NCBI RefSeq assembly: GCF_001447785.1
Contig: NW_015168777.1
Location: 62,001 to 119,025, forward strand
Source of the DNA: Gekko japonicus
Taxonomy: Eukaryota
Direction of reading: 5' to 3'
DNA length: 57,025 bases
The first letter of the stretch is position 1. Each line of letters begins with the position of its first letter. The notes beneath the pieces were generated by a model. That model saw nothing but the letters and a program-made list of their open reading frames with translations, had not been told where the DNA came from and ran no database searches. Shown here in pieces: positions 47,695 through 57,025 of the stretch. The position numbers and the translations under genes were made by a program.

Positions 47695-50105
47695 CTAGAA
47701 ATAAGGCCTGCTGCAGAAATAAATACAACGGCACAAGAAAGAGGCTCTTGGAGAGTTCCAAGGCCTTGGGCATTCGGTATCAATTTGCTGTGGTGACCTG
47801 CTTAAACCCCATCAGGCTCCACCCCTGAAATCCCAAGAAATTTCCCATCCTGGAGTTGGCAACCCATCCCCTTCCCAGCTAACCATCAACCTACCATTAT
47901 TTTCCCCTCTGACTCCAGCTGACTTCTGCCCTACCTCCTGGAGATGAGTTGTAATTCTGAGTGATCTCCACGCCTCACCTGGAGATTGGCAACAATGTTT
48001 CCCCAGGAGAAAATGGCTGGTTTGGAGCTGGTCTATGGCATTGTACCTGTCTGAGGCCCCACCCCTCCTCAAGCCTCACCCTCTCTAGGCTCCACCCCTC
48101 AAATCTCCACGAATTTCCCAACCTGGAGGTGGCAACCCTATCTCCTGCCCTGCCAAGCATCAACCTACCATTATCTGCCCCTCTGACTTCAGCTTTGCAT
48201 CTCATCCCCCCTCCCTCTTGGAGATCAGTTGTAATTCTGAGTGATCTCTACACCCACCTGGAGATTGGCAACAGTGGTTCCCCAGGAGGGAATGGCTGGT
48301 TAGGAGGATGGTGTCTATGGCATTGTATCTGTCTGAGGTGCCACCCCTACTCAAACCCCACCCTCTTCAGGTTCCATCCCTCAAATCTCCATGAATTTTC
48401 CGCCTGGAGTTGGCAACCCTATCTCCTTCCCAGCCAATCATCAACCTACCTTTATTTCCTCCTCACTCTTCAGCTTTCCTCCCCCCCCCCGCACATGCAG
48501 TCTCTACTGTGCTCTGAAGCCCTGACTGTCACATCACATTAGCTATAATGAGAAGGGGCATCTCACCAGGGTATAAGGACACAGAGTCCACCATTTTCTC
48601 CAAGGAAACTGATCTCTGCCATCTGGAGAGCAGTTGTAATTCTGAGTGATCTCCAGCCCTCACCTGGAGATTGGCAATGATAGTTTCCCAGAAGGAAAAT
48701 TAGTCTTTCTCTGCAATGCGGAGCAAAGCAGCTTACATCATTCTCCTCTCCCCCTTTTGACTTGCACAACAACCCTGTGATGTAGGTTAGGCTGAAAGTC
48801 TGTTTCTGGTCCAAAATCACCCACTCAGCTTCTACAGCAAGAACCTGGATCTAGCAGAATCTGCTCTGAAGCACTGACTGCTATGCCTAGGGTAGCCAAC
48901 CTCCAGGTNNNNNNNNNNNNNNNNNNNNNNNNNNNNNNNNNNNNNNNNNNNNNNNNNNNNNNNNNNNNNNNNNNNNNNNNNNNNNNNNNNNNNNNNNNNN
49001 NNNNNNNNNNNNNNNNNNNNNNNNNNNNNNNNNNNNNNNNNNNNNNNNNNNNNNNNNNNNNNNNNNNNNNNNNNNNNNNNNNNNNNNNNNNNNNNNNNNN
49101 NNNNNNNNNNNNNNNNNNNNNNNNNNNNNNNNNNNNNNNNNNNNNNNNNNNNNNNNNNNNNNNNNNNNNNNNNNNNNNNNNNNNNNNNNNNNNNNNNNNN
49201 NNNNNNNNNNNNNNNNNNNNNNNNNNNNNNNNNNNNNNNNNNNNNNNNNNNNNNNNNNNNNNNNNNNNNNNNNNNNNNNNNNNNNNNNNNNNNNNNNNNN
49301 NNNNNNNNNNNNNNNNNNNNNNNNNNNNNNNNNNNNNNNNNNNNNNNNNNNNNNNNNNNNNNNNNNNNNNNNNNNNNNNNNNNNNNNNNNNNNNNNNNNN
49401 NNNNNNNNNNNNNNNNNNNNNNNNNNNNNNNNNNNNNNNNNNNNNNNNNNNNNNNNNNNNNNNNNNNNNNNNNNNNNNNNNNNNNNNNNCCTCCCAGGAT
49501 TCCCCCACATCTCTGGCTTGTGGCCTGGTCAGCACAGACAGTAGGAGCCTTTCCTCACCTCCTGTAGGACAAAGACTACCTCCTCCCTGAATGGGCTGCA
49601 GTCTATATCGATGCTGCTCCAACCCTTGGCAGCTGGGAACTGTAGGCCAGCAGATGAGGAAGCCCCATTTGACCCCTTGGCAGCTGGAAACTGTAGCCCA
49701 GCAGATGAGNNNNNNNNNNNNNNNNNNNNNNNNNNNNNNNNNNNNNNNNNNNNNNNNNNNNNNNNNNNNNNNNNNNNNNNNNNNNNNNNNNNNNNNNNNN
49801 NNNNNNNNNNNNNNNNNNNNNNNNNNNNNNNNNNNNNNNNNNNNNNNNNNNNNNNNNNNNNNNNNNNNNNNNNNNNNNNNNNNNNNNNNNNNNNNNNNNN
49901 NNNNNNNNNNNNNNNNNNNNNNNNNNNNNNNNNNNNNCCAGTAATTCTGACAGGGGACAGTGACTGAAGGGGGAGTGGGCGGGGAAAAGGAGCAAACCCA
50001 GTACCTGGCCAATGGCACATGAGTACTCTTGAGTGGCAGCTGATGGGCCTAAGGCTGAAGGAGTGCATTTTCACAGCCAATGGGAGAGCCACTCCACTAC
50101 ACAAT
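47695..50105 (-). mobile_element. Second Helitron family B copy nested in an L2; right end uncertain (gaps)
   Basis: A|CTAGaaataaggcc..gaaataaatacaacggc matches 34227-34330 and carries the same internal repeated cargo. L2 sequence stops at 47694 and resumes at ~50110. Confidence 0.7.
48909..49937. other. Assembly gaps (48909-49489, 49710-49937; others at 21020-21171, 25621-25677, 47132-47166)
   Basis: Runs of N. Confidence 1.
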
Positions 50106-53100
50106 TATTTGGGTCCCAGATATTAATCTGTCTGCCACATTCTGCACCAGCTGTAACTTCTGAACCATTCTTAAGGGTAGTCCCACATAGAGTGTGTTGC
50201 AGTAATCCAATCTGGAGCATAGATCACTGAAACCAGGCTATCCATGTCCAGACAGGGGTGCAACTTGGCCTCCAGCCAAAGCTGATAGAAAGCACTCTGA
50301 GGCACCGATACCACCTGAGCCTCAAGTGATAAAAATGAATCCAGAAGCATCCCCAGGCTATGAACCTAGATGGGAAGTGCAACCCCATCTAGACCAGTTT
50401 GAACACACCCCTTCTGGTCAGAAGAATCACCTACCAACAGCATCTTAGTCTTGTCTGTATTGAACTTCAGTTTGTTAGCCCTCATCCAGTCCATTATTAT
50501 GGCCAGGCACTGGTTTGGCACACCCACAGCTTCACCTGCTGAAAATGAAAAGGAGAAATAGAGCTGCATGTCATCAGTGTACTGATGGCAATGCACACCA
50601 AAACTCTGTATGACCCCACTCAGCAGTTTCATGTAGATGTTGAATAGCATGAGGGACAGAACAGACCCCTGCAGAATGCCCTGCTGGAGAGTCCATGGGG
50701 CTGAACAGTATTCCCCAAGCATCACCTTCTGGAGATGGTCCTCCAAGTAGGAGCGGAACTACTGTAACTCAGTGCCCCCTATTCCCCCCTCAGCCAGCCA
50801 CTCCAGAAGGGTACTATGGTCAATGGTATTGGGAGCTCATTAGCATAACTCATTAGCATAATTTATTTGCATATACCATGCCTCCTGACATCACCGGGAG
50901 TGTGTCAGAAGGCAACACCCACCGCTCAGGCTCCACCCCAAAAATCTCCAGGTATTTCCCAGCTCAGAGCTGGCGAGCCTATCTGGAGAAAAATTGCTTC
51001 AGAAGCACAAAGTAAATACAATGAAACACAATGAAATGGAAGTCCATACATAAATGTAGAGGGTGAGCAGTAAATTAGCATGCAACAGATTCAAGGACCA
51101 AACAGGAATAACAAGCTTAGTTTATATGGTAGCAAATAAAGATTATAGAAACAGAGAAGGACAACTGAAGTCTGTGCTAAGCAAGAGATATTGGGTAGTG
51201 GTGAGCCAAAATGGGTATGTGTGTTTTCACAAAAAGCACTTTCAATTTCTGCTGCTCTGCCATACTTTGCCAAGTAACTGGGCCAGCTTTCACTAATCTA
51301 ATCAAATTTAATAGACTAGGCATGACAGAATGTCACTGGGAACGTGTGCAATGCACATATCATTGAACATCAATGAGATTATCTAACAGCATTCAGACTC
51401 CGTTATTCTGCCAAAAATTACTCAGTTGCCTGGCCCCAGATCTTTCTGGTAAGGGAACTGGGCTTAGCCTCGGGGAAACTCTCTGGGCAACACGGATGTG
51501 CCCGGGGGAGAACGGCACGTGAAAGTGAGAACTGCCCCGCCGCCTGCTTCCCTTACCTTGAGGAGGCTGTAAGCGTGAATTACAGATGTGGGACATGCAG
51601 CATCACACATACGGAGTATAAACCCTCTCAGCAGCTCAGGGAGACTTACCTTACCCACATGCATTATGCTCACAAGTCGCGTTTGAGTCCCCAGCACTTA
51701 GGAGTTTTGAGAATGCCATGGTTCTCCAGAGGCCAATGCAAGAGACCCTTGTGAGTACAGTTTGGACATAAATTCTGTACCTAAGACCAGAAGGCAGGAA
51801 CATTTTTGGTTCCTAGTTTCAGGTACCCAAAGATGAAAAATGAAATGCTTTTAGAAGGCTGATGTGGGGGGAAACTGGTGCTTCCATACAACCCTGGAAG
51901 TCCAGTGATGCCGGAGCCACACAGCAATGGAAGTAGCTCTCACGCCCCTGAGCTAACGATCATGTGCCCAAAGGACTGATGCAAGGAAATGAAGCTGAGG
52001 AGATGTGCTACATCCACAGGAGTTGGTGATACACTTTTCTTTTAACAAGAGAGATTGTTGTGACTTCAGTTCCCAGACAGAGCAAAGGACAGACTTAGAA
52101 GCCACCTGTTGCTAAACCATGACATTGAATGGGATTAGCTTTTCTGGCCCATTTCAACTATTTGGAGGGAGGGTGTAGGGGGAGGGGAGTTGTAACTTTC
52201 TCTGCCAATATCTGCGAAGACTGTCTTTCATTACATTACCAGGTGTGAGACCCATTTTATTTATTTATTTAAATGTATAACCCGCCCTCCCCGCGAACGG
52301 GCTCAGGGCAGCGTACAGATGGGGCCAATGCCATCTGCTGGGGATGGCTGAGTTGCCATGGAGTGGCTTTTGCAAGAGAACAAAGCAAGCCACAGCAAAG
52401 ATCCTGATCAAAGTGGCCCAGCCTCCCAAAAGCTGGGAAAATACAGGAAGGAAGGGTATCTTGCTGGGACCGGGGGGGAGGGCAGAACTTTCCATTCCTG
52501 AAAAAAGCAGGTCCAAAAAGGAAGCAACTAGTTATAAAGTCATGGCCGAAAAGTAGTCTGCACTCTGGGTTCTGCACCCATGGGGGCTAGAGCCTTGTAA
52601 CCAGCCAAGAAGGGCTTTTGAGCTGTCCTGTGGGTTTACTCGGGAGTAAGTCTCCTGAAGAGACTAGAGTGGCACAGAATGGGGGGAAGCCGCTGGTTCT
52701 CCCACCCAGCTGAGCTTTGTCATAATGCGGAGTGCCCCCCTCTTCTGATGGCTGCATTGTGGGCACACGGTGGCAGCAGCAAAACTATTTCCCTCCATGA
52801 ACCACCTGGTCCCCGACAGCGGCCACTGCCACTTCTTCAGAGCTGGGACAAGCACATCACCGTGTCCTGCAACGCCACACCCTCTGAGTGTAGAGGGGTG
52901 ATATTGCTTGGCCCAGGCTGAGTTGGGTCTGGCCGGCCATGGCCCCGGCTTTGGCGCAGCCAAGCTCGGAGACGGAAGCAATGGCTGCTACAGGCAAGGA
53001 GGGCACAGGGAAAGCTGGGGAAGGGAGCCCGGGGGTGGGAGGGAAGGTGCAGAGCCCCGTTCAGAGAGCCCCTGGGTGATGGTCTCCCTGGCATTGGGCA

Positions 53101-53140
53101 AGATACTGGGCACGTCTCTCCAGCCGAGCCCCAAAGCGCT

Positions 53141-54860
53141 GCACATCAAAATGGCTCCTAGAAAGGTCCTTTAGTATCTCCCTATGAACATTCATAAAAT
53201 CAATTGCTATGCTGGCTGATATGAGAAATGTCTATTCAGGAGTCTTGAATCACTGATTTTTGTAACCGTCCTAAACTGTCTGCAGTCTCTTTTAACTGTG
53301 GTTTCATCTCACAACATTGAGATCCACAGCTAAGCAATCAGAGGGACGTGGGTGCAAGAGGTAGGTTTTACCTCAGAACTCTGAACTACACAGTTGACCA
53401 ATTAAAGGAGGCAGCAGCCTGCTAGGCACATGGAAAACAATTGAGGCAACATTTTGCCCCTTTTTCACCCCCTTAGGGGTCCTGTTTCTCAGAAATCTCT
53501 TCATAGTGGGGGTTGACATCATGGTAGGAATGCACTCCCCTTATTTGGGTTTCTTGGTGCAGGGGTTTGGCCTCGGCATTGAATTTTAGAGAGGACAGTG
53601 ATGGTTCCATCTTGGCTGGCACCCTTCCCATTCCCTGTTGTTCACATCTATTTTGCCCTCCCCACCCCCATCCATGAAGTAGTTGGCAGTGGGAGTTGGA
53701 ATGAGGATTGGTTATTCACCATCTGATTGCCTTTAATGTTGTACTAATGTTTTAAATTAATTTTATCTTGTTTTATCTCTGGTTGTACATCACCCCAGCA
53801 ATAATAATAATAATAATAATAATGGGGGTGCATACCCTTTTTTCTTTACTCAAATGGTTCTTATTTATGTTACATTTGAGAAGTGGGACACAACTATGTA
53901 TTCAGAACAACATCCGAGAAATCAGATTTTAAGTAAGTTCATATGAACCAATTTTCTAGAACCCACATTGTAAGAAGTTAAATAATCTAATACAGGAAAC
54001 CACTTTTCTACAAATTTGGGGTTTATTTCCATAGTGGGTGGAAGTGTGTCTAATGCCATTGGGGAGGCTGGCCCAGAAGCATTGCTAAGGTGTTTCTGCT
54101 TGGGCAGCCTCCCTGCTGGATTAAAGTACCCTGGCCCTGCTCCTATACCTGACAGACACCTGTCTGTCTGATGTTGGGGGGAGTGTGTTTAAAGGCATCA
54201 GGGAAGCTGGGTCAGCAGCAGTGCTAAGGTAATCCTGCTGAGCAAGTCTCCCCAACAGCTGTAAGCATCACACCCCCTCTCCTACATTGGACAGGCAGCT
54301 GCCTGTCCAGCGTAGAAGAGGGAGGGGTATTGCAAGCCACTGTGGAGGTTGGCCCGGCAGGATCACTAAGGCATTACTGCTGGGGCGGGCTCCCTGATGG
54401 CTTTAAACACCCTGCACCCACTACTGCATCTGACAGACAGCCGCCTGTCAGGTGCGGGAGGTGGGGGGAATGTGTTGGATGCCATCTCAGAGGCTGGACC
54501 AGCAGCATTGCTGTACCTTACAGGTGGTTGTTGGCCATTCCTGATTTCCTCAACTGTCATTAGTTCTCTGCAGTCTCCTTTAACTGTTTTTCTCTCCTCA
54601 GAACACTGAGCTCTGCTGCTGACCAATCAGAGAGTGGGGGGGAGCAAGGAGGCAGCTGCCTGGCAGCCACATAGGAGTCAATGGGGGAAACACATTTTAC
54701 CCCTTTTGGCCTCCTTAGGGGTCAAATTTCTAAAAATTCCTTTGTTAGTGAGCATCTACGTCATGGTAGGAGTGTTGTCCCCAATTTTTGTGTTTCTAGG
54801 TCCAGGGGTTTGGCCTGAGCATTGATTTTATGGTGAGGGGATTTTCTTTTACACACACAC
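53141..54860 (-). mobile_element. Degenerate or fragmented Helitron family A copy
   Basis: 54040-54850 matches ~6140-6885; 53144-53195 matches 5743-5794; 53280-53590 is a diverged match to 6600-6860. Confidence 0.8.
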
Positions 54861-54869
54861 ATTTCTGTA

Positions 54870-57025
54870 TATATTTAGCTCATTTTGGCAGGCTGATTCT
54901 CAAAGTGTGCTGCAGTGGCAGAAGTTTGCTCTGGCAGATGTAAGACAAAAGAAGGAAAGAGAAAATAAGTTGAGGCCAAGAAAAGTTCATTTAAAAAGTT
55001 TCCTGTCCTTGTGTAATTGGCACATATCCAAAAGCAGGGGTGTGATTCACAACCATATATATCATAAGAACATAAGAACATATCAGACTATCATGTTCTT
55101 ATACACAACCATCCACTTTCAACAATGCTTTTCATCCAGTGCAAGAGTGTTATTCTTCATCTGCAGCATAACTCATATCTCTTTTTTGTCGTTGGTTTTC
55201 TGTCCATACTTTGTCGCCTTTCTGTTTCTGGGTTAATCTTTTGGAAGTGAGCAACCTTCTGTGGTTTCATCACCCAGGTAAGTAAACTGCAACCTCAGTG
55301 TTACCAAAGATTTGTAACGTAGATGATCTTGGATTATTTACTTTCTCACTGTGCCCATCCTACTGCATCACTGTTTCTATGATTTTTTTCTTCTTCCTAC
55401 CCCTTTTCCCATACATTATTGTTTCATACTATTAGTTTTGTCCTCGTAAGAACCCCTGTTTTGAAGCAATTATTATTTTATTCCTTGCAATCCTATTAGT
55501 TTTATGTCTACTAAATAATGGGGGATGGGTTGGATAAATATATTCTTTAGAACATCTCCCCCCCCCCTTCCCCTTTAATTCTAGAAATCTCAAAGTTCCA
55601 TGCCACGGAGAATGTATTCAGTCTGTAACGATATGAGCTTATGTTTGTATTTCTGTATAGTGGTGATGCTGCTTATGTGTGTCTCTAGCATGAATACCTA
55701 TGCAATATGTATTCAGGGATTGCTGTATGTTGTGTGTTGCTTTGTTCTGCATCTCATGCTTGCCTAGAAATAGGCTGGCCTGGGCCTGCCGTTGCACATA
55801 CGGACCATGTGCGTCCCTGGAATGTATCCCATGACTCTGTGGGATGGAGAAGACACCGCGCCATTGCACCCACTTGGAGAGCTATGGAAAATCCCCAGCG
55901 AACCCCGGCATTCTTGGAATGGAAAGAGCAAGTGACCCTACTCCCTTAATCTGGTTTGGAGATCTAAAGACAATAGCGTTTATGGCTTTGGAGCAGGAAC
56001 CAGATCTGCAAATCAAGAGGTGTCCATGGGAACGGAAGATTCACACCTTGCCAAAAGGCACCTTTGATGTAGGAGTAGGATCTGCATATTGCCACCACCC
56101 CTCAGGAGAGCGTCATCCCCTCGTCACCCCCTCTTCATCCAGTAGTGATAGTTTAGAGGACGGGTTTGATAGTTTATGGCTGGATAGCACATGCCCCAAA
56201 AAGAGTTTATTTAAGGAGAAACTCTCCTTTGTCTCTCTGGTTAACCCACCCTCCCCATAGCAGTGCACTAAGGTGCTACAAGTGACTCTACTACCTAAGT
56301 TCTCCGGAGTCGCGACCCAGAGAGCTCACACGTGGTTTGGCTGGTCCTACCTGTGTGCCTTGGAGTTCACAAGCTGCTGCATTTCGGCTGCCCAGCGTTC
56401 CAAGGAGGAGAGTTCTTCCTCAGCTGGACCTCAGATGAGTATAGCCGTGCCCCATTGTGTCATCCCCATTTTGATGCTTTTGTTATTTTCTATGCTGTAA
56501 TTGTTCTAATGTACTATTGTAACTAAGGAGCTTGTATGAATTTGTATGATTCCGATTTTGTATGCCTGATGAAAAACCTTTAGTAAAGACAACATTTATT
56601 TAAGGACTAGCGTGTTGTCTCACTTCCTGGGATATAGCCGAGCGTCTCATTCGCCATCCGACCTCTGTATAGACTGGTATAGAACTTACGCACAGCCACA
56701 AACACCCAATTTTCCTTGGTAGATAACTTGGATTGGGTCTCCAGGAATTTCCTGGAGAAGTTGGCATAACAAGTCCTTGTAAGGAATTTGGTGTACTGGA
56801 TGCAGGGGCCCCATTTTCTTTTTGATCAATTTAGGATATATTCAATCCTCATAAGGAATTTGGTGTGTGTGGGACAGGGGTCTCATTTTCTTTTGGTTGA
56901 TTTAGAAAGTCGGATTAATCTGGATACTTGGGGAAGATCAGGATGCTTTTGTGATTGGCAACAAATTAACTACTTCAACAGCTAGATACAGCAAATGTAT
57001 ATTATTAAAAAACACAAAATGGCTA
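54870..57025 (+). repeat. OR6 duplication unit 3, upstream portion only
   Basis: Clear homology to ~40545-41400, interrupted by a solo LTR. Confidence 0.9.
55624..56771 (+). mobile_element. Solo LTR (~1.15 kb), 4-bp TSD AGTC
   Basis: TGTAAC...ATAACA termini flanked by AGTC at 55620-55623 and 56772-56775. Empty site in the paralog at ~41152. Orientation is tentative, from AGTAAA at ~56582. Confidence 0.9.

Larger units (their letters stand above)
46640..50835 (-). mobile_element. Old L2-clade LINE split by nested insertions
   Basis: (TTTA)n tail at 46640; ORF2 3' pieces at 46830-47130 and 47610-47694; RLDYCN region at ~50200; RT motifs QGSVLSLMLFNIYM and YTDDMQLY at 50366-50746. Confidence 0.8.

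Noticed and set aside
48825-50104. Long ORFs up to 397 aa
   Set aside because: They are created by runs of N.
47695-54860. One composite 7-kb Helitron (family B 3' end plus family A 5' end)
   Set aside because: The L2 interrupted at 47694 resumes at ~50110, bounding the family B insertion well before the family A fragments.

Overview
Vertebrate (squamate, probably gecko-like, judging by Squam3-type SINEs, BovB and a 5S-derived SINE) draft-assembly window containing a tandem olfactory-receptor (OR) cluster, all on the + strand. There are two near-identical OR9S/Olfr12-like genes in an ~8.6 kb tandem duplication, with a 3'-only OR fragment at the duplication junction. Three OR6A/OR6B-like genes follow, two of them in an ~11 kb duplication unit, and the upstream part of a further OR6 unit runs off the right end. 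Comparing the paralogous units gives empty sites that define insertions at base resolution: two different non-autonomous Helitrons just downstream of OR stop codons (one keeps a Pif1-type helicase C-terminal remnant), a solo LTR, and BovB, L2, CR1 and SINE copies; a second solo LTR is defined by its target-site duplication. I see no firm evidence of a wholly new biological system. The best leads are the Helitrons with amplified cargo in OR 3' regions, perfect-identity (gene-conversion-like) tracts inside OR coding sequences, a conserved 5' exon with a hydrophobic uORF, and a reconstructable duplication breakpoint. All alignments were done by eye and family names come from recalled sequences, not database searches.
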